64,000 bases of DNA from an uncultured Candidatus Binatia bacterium (GCA_965242525.1 OZ251459.1:2432001-2496000), one strand, 5' to 3'. Shown: positions 8,470 to 19,054, numbered from the stretch's first letter. Numbers and translations are program-made. Notes: generated from the letters alone by a model not told the origin.

Positions 8470-8602
8470 TCTACCGGGGAAGGCGTGGCCTTCGACCCCT
8501 AGCCGGGGCAGGAGCGGTTGGAGTGGCGGCGCTCCGGCAGGGTATTGCTACGTGGGAGTCGAGATCGACCCTCTATTTGCAGAGGTGGCTAGGCAGCAGC
8601 TA
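8470..8602 (+). pseudogene. frameshifted remnant of amino-DNA-methyltransferase C-terminus
   Basis: Pieces FDP / AGAGAVGVAALRQG / YCYVGVEIDPLFAEVARQQL in different frames match the DPFxGSGTT..AA..GR..IGxEID motif I region. Confidence 0.5.
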
Positions 8603-8644
8603 TCTCTGATTGACAATGGCGACGGCCTGGTTTAGGTTCCGGGC

Positions 8645-8712
8645 TGGCGCTGGAAGCAGCACTACTCTCATGCCTGCGGGCGAGCGCGGGGATTGCGTCC
8701 CGCCCAGCGCCA
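8645..8712 (+). ncRNA. putative structured tRNA-like small RNA, copy 3
   Basis: TGGCGCTGG/CCAGCGCCA stem; promoter TTGACA(8610)-N17-TAGGTT(8633) directly upstream. Confidence 0.6.
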
Positions 8713-8776
8713 CTTCCTCGCTTTTCAAGTTTCTCCTGCTCTCCCACCTTCTTCCATTTCCGGCGAGCGGCTCGGA

Positions 8777-8805
8777 GGTTCCCCCGCACGTGCGGGGATA
8801 GGCCT
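8777..8805 (+). CRISPR. solitary type I-E-like CRISPR repeat R3 (3'-degenerate)
   Basis: GGTTCCCCCGCACGTGCGGGGATAGGCCT; perfect hairpin, diverged 3' handle. Confidence 0.6.
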
Positions 8806-8864
8806 TTGGTTGCCGGGTCCGTGCTCGGACGTCGAGGACGTATTCGGAGTTTGCGGCCGGGAAT

Positions 8865-9296
8865 CTACGCTGCCCGGTCCTCGACCACGAGGCTGCGTCC
8901 GATGGCTCGCAGGGCCTTCTCCACTTGGCTGATGTGAGAGCGGTGGCCGGGGTTCAGCAGCTTGCGGACGGCGCCCTCGCTCAGCCCCAGGCGAGCGGCG
9001 AGGGCGACCTTGGTGACGCCTTGGCTGCGCATCGCCGAATAGAGGGCGACCTTGGCCGCGACGATGGGAGGAACCGCGACGAGTTCCTGGCCTTGGGCAG
9101 CGGCGCTTGGAGCCGGGACGTCCTCACGGCCATGAACGTAGGCGCTCAAGGCGGCCGCCAAGGCATCCTCGGCCATAGTCAGCGCCTCGGCCCGATCCTC
9201 GCCGCAGGTGAGCGCTTCAGGCACGTCCGGGAAAGAGACGGAGAAACCGCCGCCGTCCGCCTCGGGAGCCAGCACGCAGGGGTAGGCGTAGCGCAT
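8865..9296 (-). CDS. hicB: HicB family antitoxin with C-terminal HTH
   Basis: MRYAYPCVLAPEADGGGFSVSFPDVPEALTCGEDRAEALTMAEDAL; C-terminal TKVALAARLGLSEGAVRKLL. Confidence 0.9.
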   Translation of the reverse strand: MRYAYPCVLAPEADGGGFSVSFPDVPEALTCGEDRAEALTMAEDALAAALSAYVHGREDVPAPSAAAQGQELVAVPPIVAAKVALYSAMRSQGVTKVALAARLGLSEGAVRKLLNPGHRSHISQVEKALRAIGRSLVVEDRAA

Positions 9297-9457
9297 CAGA
9301 AGTCCTCCTTCGGGATGTCCAGTTGCTTCAGCATGGCCTGAAAGGCCCCAAGCTTCAGTTCTCCATGTTTGACGGTCGTGCGACGGTCGCCAACGTAGAG
9401 CACGCCATGGTTGCCCTTCCCGTGGCGTGGATCGAAACGGAACGGCTTTCCGACTTT
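9296..9457 (-). pseudogene. hicA: HicA toxin lacking its N-terminus
   Basis: KVGKPFRFDPRHGKGNHGVLYVGDRRTTVKHGELKLGAFQAMLKQLDI; stop overlaps hicB ATG; in-frame TAA directly upstream, no start codon. Confidence 0.7.
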
Positions 9458-9493
9458 TTAGAAGGCTTTGGCTACGGGAAGGGGAGAACCACC

Positions 9494-9748
9494 GTGACGG
9501 AGTTTGAAGCCGCAACGCTCGCACTACAGCAGCAACAGCTTTGGGCCGCTCTCGCCGTCCCCCTTGTCGCCCTCATTGTCGGAGCCGGGCAGGTCATCGT
9601 CGTCTCTGTCGGTATCCGGGTCATGCGGCGCACATCGGATCAGAGGGAGAAGCGCGAAGACGCCCGCCACGCCGAAGCGATGGAAGCGCTGCGACAGCAG
9701 GCCGAAGCCTTGCGCGTCCTCATCGAACGGACCGCGCCTCGCCGGTAA
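9494..9748 (+). CDS. small TM + coiled-coil hypothetical protein
   Basis: GTG with GGAG RBS; TM segment then REDARHAEAMEAL..LIERTAP; paralogue of 9962-10300. Confidence 0.7.
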   Translation: MTEFEAATLALQQQQLWAALAVPLVALIVGAGQVIVVSVGIRVMRRTSDQREKREDARHAEAMEALRQQAEALRVLIERTAPRR

Positions 9749-9961
9749 CGGCCGGCGCCGCCGGGGAAGGGAGACAGCGCTACGGGAACCACCGGCCGCT
9801 ACGGCCCACGGAGACGGAAACCGAAGTAGCGGCCATGCCTGCGTTGGCAGGTCCGCCGCGGAAAACAAACCCTGCATTCGTCTCTGTCGGGGGAGTCGCA
9901 GACGGGTCGCGCCGCGCAACGATGGCCCCGGATTCTGCGGGCGGTTCCGGTGCGGCGGCGG

Positions 9962-10300
9962 TCATTGGCTGTCTCTCTTCGGCGATGTTCTCTCGATCAG
10001 GGTCTCCATGCCTCTGATGAGGCCCCGGAGAGATTCGTCCTGCTGCCGGAGAGATTCGCCCTGCTGCCGGAGCGCTTCCATGCTTTCGGCATGGTTGCTC
10101 CGGAGCACTTCCATGCTTTCGGTATGGTTGCTCCGGAGCGCTTCCATGCTTTCGGCATGGCGCTGGTCTTCGCGACGCGCCCGTTCCTCCGTGGACTGGC
10201 GCATCTGCCGCAAGCCTATGAGGATGGCCGTAACCGATCCCAAAGCGGCGACGGCGCTGATGCCCCGGAGAACGGTGTTGGCAAGCTCGTAGTCCGTCAT
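9962..10300 (-). CDS. small TM + coiled-coil protein with internal tandem repeats
   Basis: MTDYELA..TM..REDQRHAESMEALRSNHTESMEVLRSNHAESMEALRQQGESLRQQDESL..LIERTSP. Confidence 0.72.
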   Translation of the reverse strand: MTDYELANTVLRGISAVAALGSVTAILIGLRQMRQSTEERARREDQRHAESMEALRSNHTESMEVLRSNHAESMEALRQQGESLRQQDESLRGLIRGMETLIERTSPKRDSQ

Positions 10301-10360
10301 GTCCGTCTCCCTTCCTGCGATTGATAACACGCCCTGCATGGAACCACCACATGATCTACG

Positions 10361-10416
10361 GGAAACCCTGAACAACGGCCCGTTCGTCCTGAGCGAAGCG
10401 AAGCCGAAGGACGCGC
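10361..10416. repeat. REP-like motif with IS5-type end
   Basis: GGAAACCCTGAACAA followed by CCGTTCGTCCTGAGCGAAGCGAAGCCGAAGGACGCGC. Confidence 0.6.
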
Positions 10417-10471
10417 TTGGCGAATCGAGAGTGCGCCAGCGTAGCGGCGAAAGCGCCCGCGGCGGACCCCG

Positions 10472-11088
10472 CTACGGCGCCAGGTCCAGGACGCGCCGGA
10501 CCCGGGTGGACACGTCGTTGCCGCGGGTCAGGTAGCCGATCATGGCCGCGGCGTCGGCGCCGCGGCGCCAGGCTTCGGGCGCGTTGTCCGCGGTGACGCC
10601 GCCGATGGCGACGATGGGGATGCGCACCCGGCGTCTTACGGACTCGAGCATGGGGAGGCCGCGGGACGAATAGCCGGTCTGCTTGGTTCGGGTGGCGAAC
10701 AGGGGGCCGAACCCGATGTAGTCGGCGCCGCCCTGTTCCGCCTGCTCCGCCTGGGCGAGGCTGTGGGTGGAGACGCCGACGAGTTTGCCGCCCATCAGGG
10801 GCCGGGCCGCTTCCAGGGGCAGGTCCTCCTGTCCCAGGTGCACCCCGTCGGCGTCCGCGGCCAGGGCGATGTCCAGCCGGTCGTTGACGATGAAGAGGCA
10901 ACCGGCCCGTGCGGTCCGTTCCCGCACGGTCAGGGCGGTGCGCAGGAACTCGCCTGCCGGCCGGTCCTTCAACCGCAACTGGAGCACCGAGACGCCGCCG
11001 GCGAGCATGGCGTCCACCACCCGGACCAGCGGGCGGCCCCCGGTCTGGTCCCCGTCCGCGATGGCGTAGAGCCGCGACCGCAGGCAGC

Positions 11089-11092
<4 letters not shown>
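10472..11092 (-). CDS. thiE: thiamine-phosphate synthase
   Basis: LQLRLK, IVNDRLDIALA, DGVHLGQED, GVSTHS, FATRTK, VAIGGV. Confidence 0.95.
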
Positions 11093-12531
<1,439 letters not shown>

Positions 12532-12542
12532 GGCGGCTCGGT

Positions 12543-13667
12543 CTATCGGACGGGCAGCGAGACCCGGAACACCGACCCTTCGCCCGGCCGGCTCTCCACT
12601 CGCAGCCGGCCTCCGTGCTCCTCCACGGTGCGGTCGCAGATGGCGAGCCCGAGGCCGGTCCCGCGCCGCTTCCGGGTGAAGAACGGCGAGAAGACGTGGG
12701 GCAGGTCGGCTTCCTCGATGCCCGCGCCGTCGTCGCGGATGTCCACCCGCACGAACCGGGTGCGGCGGGAACGGCCGGTGCGGAGCGAGAAGTCGGTCTC
12801 CATGCAGGTGGTGACGGTCATGCACGCCGGCGCCGCCTGCAGCGCGTTCTCGACGAGGTTGAGGAAGACCTGGACCAGCCGGCCGCGGTCCCCGGCCACC
12901 GGCGGCAGGCTGGGGTCGAAGGAGCGCTGGATGCGCACCGACGCGGCGCCCGCGCTGTGCGCCTCCAGGCTCAGGACGTGCTCCAGCACCTCGTGGACGT
13001 TCAGGGGCTCCAGGCGGAGTTCCGCCGGACGCGCGAGGTCGAGGAGCTGGTCCAGCAGTTGGTCCACCCGGTCCACCTCGCGGATCATGATGTCGGTGTT
13101 CTCCGCCAGCGACGGGTCGTGGGCGACCTCCGAGCGGAGCAACTGGGCCGCTCCCCGGATCCCTCCCAGCGGGTTCCTGATCTCGTGGGCGAGGGCCGCG
13201 GCCAGCTTGCCCAGGAGGGCCAGGCGGTCGGACCGCCTCAGGTCTTCCTCCATGGCCTGTCTCAGGGTCCGGTCCCGCAACAGCAGGACGCTTCCCGCCA
13301 CCGCGCCGCGGCGGTCCCGAAGGGGCGAGACCAGGGCGCTGACCGGAACCCCCTTCCCGCGCTTCCCGCGCGGCCGGAAGAAGTCGTTCTCGGCGCGGCT
13401 CGTGCTCTCGTCCGATCCGAGGCTCTTCTCGACCATGTCGAGCAGCCACCGGTTGGCGCCGAAGAGGTCGCCGGCTGCCCGGCCCAGCATCTTTCGTGCG
13501 GACAGCCCGGCAAGGGTCTCCGCGGCTTGGTTCGTGAACGACACGGCCCGGGAGCAGTCCACCACCAGCACGGCGTCCTCCAGGCTGGTGAGCACGTTCT
13601 GCCAGGAGACCGCCGCGGAGACGTCGCGGGAATGCGGCGGGCGAGGCATGGGCTGTGGCGCGGTCAT
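12543..13667 (-). CDS. NtrB-like PAS sensor histidine kinase
   Basis: PAS region, LAHEIRNPLGGIRGAAQLL H-box, NLVENA, DDGAGI, GTGLGL; start approximate. Confidence 0.9.
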   Translation of the reverse strand: MTAPQPMPRPPHSRDVSAAVSWQNVLTSLEDAVLVVDCSRAVSFTNQAAETLAGLSARKMLGRAAGDLFGANRWLLDMVEKSLGSDESTSRAENDFFRPRGKRGKGVPVSALVSPLRDRRGAVAGSVLLLRDRTLRQAMEEDLRRSDRLALLGKLAAALAHEIRNPLGGIRGAAQLLRSEVAHDPSLAENTDIMIREVDRVDQLLDQLLDLARPAELRLEPLNVHEVLEHVLSLEAHSAGAASVRIQRSFDPSLPPVAGDRGRLVQVFLNLVENALQAAPACMTVTTCMETDFSLRTGRSRRTRFVRVDIRDDGAGIEEADLPHVFSPFFTRKRRGTGLGLAICDRTVEEHGGRLRVESRPGEGSVFRVSLPVR

Positions 13668-13767
13668 GGGCGGTTGCGGACGGCAGATGATAGCGAGTTC
13701 CCCTCTACGGGGCAACCGGCGGCAAGCTTGCATTCGGCCGTGCCAGTGTGTAAAACAACGGGCATCA

Positions 13768-13794
13768 GTGGGCAACTTGCCCGCTTTTTTATTT
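13768..13794 (+). promoter_or_regulatory. rimP leader-like hairpin
   Basis: GTGGGCAACTTGCCCGC followed by a T-run just upstream of rimP. Confidence 0.45.
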
Positions 13795-13803
13795 GAGGCG
13801 CCG

Positions 13804-14286
13804 ATGCCGACCGGGGAGACGCTGGATCGCCTGTGGGAGATGGTGGAGCCGTTGGCCGCGGGCCGGGGCCTGGAGGTGGTGGACATCGAGCTCCGGCACG
13901 AAGGGAGGTCGGGCCGCGTCCTGCGCGTGTACCTGGACAGGGCCGGGGAGCCGGACGAAGCCCCGGGGTTGGAGGATCTCGGCCGGGTGAGCCGGGAGCT
14001 TAGCGACCTTCTGGATGTGTATGACTTGGTGGCGGGTTCCTATACGCTGGAGGTTTCCTCCCCGGGCGTCAACCGCCCCCTCAGGAAGCCGGAGCATTTC
14101 GCCCGCTGCGTCGGACAGAGGGTCCGGGTCCATACCGGCGAGTCGATCGACGGCCGGAGGAACTTCCTGGGGCCGCTCCACGAGGCCGGGGGGGACGGCG
14201 TGGTGGTGTTGCAGGACGGGCGCGAGGTCTTCATCCCGTTCGGCCGCATCGTCAGGGCCAACGTCGAGTACGAGTGGGCGTCGTAG
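13804..14286 (+). CDS. rimP: ribosome maturation factor RimP
   Basis: LRVYLD, SRELSDLLDV, YTLEVSSPGVNRPL; precedes nusA. Confidence 0.95.
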   Translation: MPTGETLDRLWEMVEPLAAGRGLEVVDIELRHEGRSGRVLRVYLDRAGEPDEAPGLEDLGRVSRELSDLLDVYDLVAGSYTLEVSSPGVNRPLRKPEHFARCVGQRVRVHTGESIDGRRNFLGPLHEAGGDGVVVLQDGREVFIPFGRIVRANVEYEWAS

Positions 14287-14319
14287 GCCGCGGGGCCGGG
14301 CCTCGTCAGGGGGAAAGAG

Positions 14320-15858
14320 ATGCAGCAGGATCTGAACCGGACCATCGAGCAGGTCACCAAGGAAAAGGGCATCGACAGGGAGGTCATCGTGGAGGCCCTC
14401 GAGTCCGCCATGGTGTCCGCGGCCAAGAAGACGTTCGGGGTGGACCGGAGTTTCGAGGCGCAGTACAACCCGGACATCGGCGAGATCGAGCTGTTCGAGG
14501 CCAAGGTTGTGGTGGAGGACGTGGAGGAGCCCGACACCCAGATCATGCTGAGCGAGGCCCGCGAGACGCTGGACCCGGACGTGGAGTTGGGCGACGAGCT
14601 GCTCATGAAGATCGACTCCACCGTGTTCGGCCGCATCGCGGCCCAGGCGGCCAAGCAGAACATCGTCCAGCGGGTGCGGGACGTGGAGCGCGAGATCGTC
14701 TTCAACCAGTTCAAGGACCGCCAGGGAGAGCTGATCCACGGCATCGTCCAACGCTTCGAGAAGAACAACCTCATCGTCAACCTGGGACGGACCAACGCCA
14801 TCCTGCCCGAGAAGGAGCAGGTCCCGCGGGAACGGTACCGGCAGGGGGACCGCATCCGGGCCTATATCGTCAGCGTCGAGATGACCACCCGGGGCCCCCA
14901 GATCGTCCTCTCGCGCACCCACCCGGGCATGCTCATCAAGCTGTTCGAGCAGGAGGTCCCCGAGATCTACGAAGGGATCGTCGAGGTCAAGGGGGCGGCG
15001 CGCGAGCCTGGCGGCCGGGCGAAGATCGCGGTGGCCTCCAACGACTCGGACGTGGATCCGGTGGGCGCCTGCGTGGGCATGAAGGGGACGCGGGTCCAGT
15101 CGGTGGTGCAGGAGTTGCGCGGAGAGAAGATCGACATCGTCCACTGGACGCCCGAGCAGGCGGAGTACGTCTGCCGGGCACTGGCTCCGGCCAAGGTCAA
15201 CAAGATCCTGCTGGACGACGACGCCCACAGCATGGAGGTCATCGTGCCGGACGAGCAGCTCTCGCTGGCCATCGGGCGCAAGGGACAGAACGTTCGGCTG
15301 GCCTCCCGCCTCACCGGATGGGGCATCGACGCGCGCAGCGAGTCCGAGGCCGAGGAGGAGAGCCGGATGGCCCGGCAGTCGCTGTCCGCCATCCCCGGCG
15401 TGAGCGAGGTCATGGCGGAGCTGCTCTACCAGTCGGGCTTCAAGTCGGCCGAAGACGTGACCGAGGCCGAGGCGTCGGTCATCACCGAGGTCACCGGCGT
15501 CGAGCTGGAGAAGGCGGCGGCCATACTCGATGCGGCCGCCAGGCACGTGGAGGAAGAGCGCGAGCGGGAGGCCCGTGAGGCGGAGCAGGCGGCCGCGGAG
15601 GCGGAAGCCGCGGCCGAGGCGGAGCAGGCCGCAGCCGACGAAGCGGAGCAGGCGGCAGACGAGGCAGGGTCGGCCGCGGCAGATGAGGCGGAACAGGCCG
15701 CGGCCGAATCAGAGCCGCCGGCAGACGAGGCAGTGGAGGCCGCGGCCGAAGCGGAACGGGCCGCGTCCGAGCCCCAGCCGGCCGCGGAGGGAGCCGAGGA
15801 GCCGGCCCCTGCCGAGGGCGAGGACGCCGCGGGACCGAGCCCGCAGCAAGGCGCGTGA
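14320..15858 (+). CDS. nusA: transcription factor NusA with long Ala/Glu-rich tail
   Basis: FGRIAAQAAKQ, AREPGGRAKIAV, DPVGACVGMKG, SLAIGRKGQNVRLA. Confidence 0.97.
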   Translation: MQQDLNRTIEQVTKEKGIDREVIVEALESAMVSAAKKTFGVDRSFEAQYNPDIGEIELFEAKVVVEDVEEPDTQIMLSEARETLDPDVELGDELLMKIDSTVFGRIAAQAAKQNIVQRVRDVEREIVFNQFKDRQGELIHGIVQRFEKNNLIVNLGRTNAILPEKEQVPRERYRQGDRIRAYIVSVEMTTRGPQIVLSRTHPGMLIKLFEQEVPEIYEGIVEVKGAAREPGGRAKIAVASNDSDVDPVGACVGMKGTRVQSVVQELRGEKIDIVHWTPEQAEYVCRALAPAKVNKILLDDDAHSMEVIVPDEQLSLAIGRKGQNVRLASRLTGWGIDARSESEAEEESRMARQSLSAIPGVSEVMAELLYQSGFKSAEDVTEAEASVITEVTGVELEKAAAILDAAARHVEEEREREAREAEQAAAEAEAAAEAEQAAADEAEQAADEAGSAAADEAEQAAAESEPPADEAVEAAAEAERAASEPQPAAEGAEEPAPAEGEDAAGPSPQQGA

Positions 15859-16130
15859 AGCATGGGGTGAGCGCCCGTAAGCCCGTACGGACCTGTCTGG
15901 GTTGCGGCCGTCGTGACGAGAAGACCGTGCTGCTCCGGGTTGCGGTCACCGAGGACGGCCTTGCGCCCGAAGCGTCGAGGGGACGAGGAGGATACCTGCA
16001 TCGCAGCGAGGATTGTTGGGGAGCTTTCCTGAAGCGGAAGAGCGTCCATCGGGCGTTCCGCCGCGACGTGCCTCGCAGGGACCGGGAGGCGCTGGTGGGA
16101 AGGCTTCGCGCTCAATGGGGTGGGAAATGA
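15855..16130 (+). CDS. ylxR: YlxR/RnpM family RNA-binding protein (DUF448)
   Basis: [20 protein letters not shown]; between nusA and infB. Confidence 0.88.
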   Translation: MKHGVSARKPVRTCLGCGRRDEKTVLLRVAVTEDGLAPEASRGRGGYLHRSEDCWGAFLKRKSVHRAFRRDVPRRDREALVGRLRAQWGGK

Positions 16131-18931
16131 GCAAAGTGAGAGTGCATCAACTGGCCAAGGACCTCGAGATCGAGACCGGCGATCTCATCGCCCATCTCGA
16201 AAAGATCCGGGTGCGCGGCAAGAAGTCCCAGAGCTCCCTGGACGAATCCGAGGTCGAGGCCGTCAGGGCGGCCATCGCCGCGACCGAGAAGCCGAAGGTT
16301 TCGGTGGGCGAAGAGAGGGTCGTGGTCGATCGCACCATCACCGCGGAGGACCAGGACATGGGCGAGGTCCAGGCCCATGAGAAGATCGTCGAACGCCGGG
16401 TCCGGGCCAACGTCATTCGGCGCCGCACGAGCAGGGTCGAACTGGTCACCCGCAAGCCCATCCAGCCGGTCGCGCCTCCGCCACAGGAGGAAGCGGAGGA
16501 GCTCGCGGTGGAGGAAGCCGCGGTCGAGACGCAGGTGAGTTCCGAAACGGAGTCCCGGGAGACCGCGCCTCCGGCGGTCCCGGCGGCGGCCAGGGCCCCC
16601 GAAGTCGAGCCGGTGGATGTCCCGGCGCGTCCCCCGGAGGCGGCGCCGCCGACCGCGCCCGCTCCTGCCGAGACTCCTCGGCCCGAAGCGGTGAGCGCTC
16701 CGGAAGAAGAGGCGCAGCCGGCGCAACCCACGGAGGCGCCGGCGCCTGTGGGCGAACCCGCCGCGGTCGAGGCCCCGGCGGGTAACGGCGCCGCGCAGCC
16801 GGCGCAGCCCGCTTCGGTGACGGGTCCCCGGATCCTCGGCCGCATCGACCTGAACAAGAAGCCTGCCCCCGCGCCCGCAAAACCTGCCGCGGCCCCCGGA
16901 GATCGGGCGGCTCGCGCTCCCGGCGCACAGCCCCCCGCGGAACCGGAAGGACCGGAGAAGGCCGGAAAGGGCGGCAAGGGCAGGAGACGGGTCATTCGGA
17001 AACAGGAGGTCATCGAGCTCAAGGAGCGCGAGTTCCGCGCGCCCCGGGGCCGCATGCTCAGGAAGAAGCGCGCGTTGCCGGGGAAGGAGCAGAAGAAGAC
17101 CGAGATCACGGTGCCCAAGGCCAGCAAGCGGGTGGTGCGCGTGGCGGAGGTCGTCACCGTGGGCGACATGGCCAGGGCCATGGGCGTCAAGGCGGGCGAG
17201 GTCATCAAGAAGCTCATGGGCCTCGGCATGATGACCACCATCAACCAGGCCCTCGACTTCGATACGGCGACGCTGGTGGCCAACGAGTTCGACTACCAGG
17301 TGGAGAACGTGGCCTTCGACGTGGAGACGGCGCTCCAGGACCAGCACGAGGTGGCGGATCCCGCGGAGGCGTTGGAGCCGAGGCCGCCGGTGGTGACCAT
17401 CATGGGGCACGTGGACCACGGCAAGACGTCGCTGCTCGACGCCATCCGCAGCACCAACGTGACCGGGGCCGAGGCCGGGGGCATTACCCAGCACATCGGC
17501 GCCTACCACGTGCCGCTGGACGACAGGGGGGTGACCTTCCTGGACACTCCCGGACACGAGGCGTTCACCGCCATGCGCGCAAGGGGGGCCAAGGCCACCG
17601 ACATCGTGGTGCTGGTGGTGGCGGCCGACGACGGGGTCATGCCCCAGACCATCGAGGCGGTGGACCACGCGCGGGCGGCCGAAGTGCCCATCATCGTGGC
17701 GGTGAACAAGATCGACCGCCCGGACGCGGACCCGGAGCGGGTCCAGCGCGGGTTGGCCGACCACGGCCTGGTGCCCGAGGCCTGGGGCGGCGACACGGTG
17801 TTCGTTCCGGTCTCGGCCGTGACCCGCGAGGGGTTGCCCGGCCTGCTGGAGATGCTGCTGCTGCAGGCGGACCTGCTGGAGCTCAAGGCCAACCCCGACA
17901 AGCTGGCCCGGGGTCTGGTGGTGGAAGCCAAGCTGGAGCGGGGCCGCGGCCCGGTCTCCACCGTGCTGGTCCAGGAAGGCAGGCTCAAGGTGGGCGACCC
18001 TATCTTCGCCGGCTCCCACCACGGCCGCGTGCGGGCCATGATCGACGACCAGGGCCGCAAGGTCGAGGCCGCCACCCCCTCCATCCCGGTGGAGATCCTG
18101 GGGCTTCAGGGAGTGCCGCAGGCCGGCGAGGCGTTCTCGGCGCTCACGGACGAGGCCAAGGCGAGGCAGATCGCCGAATACCGCGGGACCCAGCAGCGCG
18201 AGGCCGAGTTGACCAAGACCAGCAAGGTGTCGCTGGAGGAGTTCTACGACCAGGTCCGGGCAAGCGACGTCAAGGAGCTGCGCGTGGTGGTGAAGGGCGA
18301 CGTCCACGGCTCGGTGGAGGCCCTCAACGAAGCGGTGGCGCGGCTGTCCACGGAGGAAGTCAAGCTCAGGGTCATCCACGGCTCGGTGGGCGGCATCAGC
18401 GAGAGCGACGTCCTGCTGGCCAGCGCCTCCAACGCCATCGTCATCGGCTTCAACGTGCGTCCCGAGCCCAAGGCCACGAACCTCGCGGCGCAGCAGGGGG
18501 TGGACCTGCGGCTCTACACCATCATCTACGACGTCATCGACGACATTCGCTCGGCCATGGAAGGACTCCTGGAGCCGGTCTTCCGCGAGGAGTTCCACGC
18601 ACGGGTGCAGGTGCGGGAGGTCTTCCACATCCGCGGCGTGGGTGCCATCGCCGGCTGTTCGGTCACCGACGGCAAGATCCAGCGTTCCAGCATGATACGC
18701 CTGTTGCGGGACCAGGTGGTGGTGCACGAAGGCAGGCTGGCCAGCCTGAAGCGGTTCAAGGACGACGTGCGCGAAGTGGGCACGGGTTACGAGTGCGGCA
18801 TCGCCATCGACGGCTACCAGGACGTGAAGGTGGGGGACGTCATCGAGGGCTTCGAGAAGATCCCCATGGCCCGGGGACAGGCGCGCGCGGACGCCGGAGG
18901 CTCGGCGCAACTCTCGGCCGCGGACCGGTAG
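16127..18931 (+). CDS. infB: translation initiation factor IF-2
   Basis: [50 protein letters not shown]. Confidence 0.98.
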   Translation: MSKVRVHQLAKDLEIETGDLIAHLEKIRVRGKKSQSSLDESEVEAVRAAIAATEKPKVSVGEERVVVDRTITAEDQDMGEVQAHEKIVERRVRANVIRRRTSRVELVTRKPIQPVAPPPQEEAEELAVEEAAVETQVSSETESRETAPPAVPAAARAPEVEPVDVPARPPEAAPPTAPAPAETPRPEAVSAPEEEAQPAQPTEAPAPVGEPAAVEAPAGNGAAQPAQPASVTGPRILGRIDLNKKPAPAPAKPAAAPGDRAARAPGAQPPAEPEGPEKAGKGGKGRRRVIRKQEVIELKEREFRAPRGRMLRKKRALPGKEQKKTEITVPKASKRVVRVAEVVTVGDMARAMGVKAGEVIKKLMGLGMMTTINQALDFDTATLVANEFDYQVENVAFDVETALQDQHEVADPAEALEPRPPVVTIMGHVDHGKTSLLDAIRSTNVTGAEAGGITQHIGAYHVPLDDRGVTFLDTPGHEAFTAMRARGAKATDIVVLVVAADDGVMPQTIEAVDHARAAEVPIIVAVNKIDRPDADPERVQRGLADHGLVPEAWGGDTVFVPVSAVTREGLPGLLEMLLLQADLLELKANPDKLARGLVVEAKLERGRGPVSTVLVQEGRLKVGDPIFAGSHHGRVRAMIDDQGRKVEAATPSIPVEILGLQGVPQAGEAFSALTDEAKARQIAEYRGTQQREAELTKTSKVSLEEFYDQVRASDVKELRVVVKGDVHGSVEALNEAVARLSTEEVKLRVIHGSVGGISESDVLLASASNAIVIGFNVRPEPKATNLAAQQGVDLRLYTIIYDVIDDIRSAMEGLLEPVFREEFHARVQVREVFHIRGVGAIAGCSVTDGKIQRSSMIRLLRDQVVVHEGRLASLKRFKDDVREVGTGYECGIAIDGYQDVKVGDVIEGFEKIPMARGQARADAGGSAQLSAADR

Positions 18932-18940
18932 CCGGGGGGC

Positions 18941-18984
18941 GGCGCGTCCTTCGACTTCGCTTCGCTACGCCCAGGACGAACGGG
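18941..18984. repeat. REP-like motif
   Basis: GCGCGTCCTTCGACTTCGCTTCGCTACGCCCAGGACGAACGG, reverse orientation of the family motif. Confidence 0.65.
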
Positions 18985-19054
18985 GATAAATGGTTCCGGG
19001 TGTGGGAGCAGCTTGCGGCGCGGGTCGATTCGGGCAGTGCAATTCGAGCAGTGC

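Noticed and set aside
8628-8662. SRP (4.5S) RNA, from AGGT..GGAAGCAGC similarity to helix 8
   Set aside because: The GNRA tetraloop and long SRP stem are absent, the 5' half coincides with the predicted -10 box, and three diverged copies are unexpected.
5792-8805. Canonical CRISPR-Cas locus
   Set aside because: No ~32 nt spacers, no AT-rich leader and no cas genes in the window; reported as solitary repeats instead.
5821-10300. Intact prophage
   Set aside because: No integrase, terminase, capsid or full tape-measure gene; only short redundant fragments.
13729-13745. Sigma54 promoter for the ntrB-like gene (TGGCAC..ATGC on minus strand)
   Set aside because: GG-to-GC spacing is 11 nt, not the required 10.
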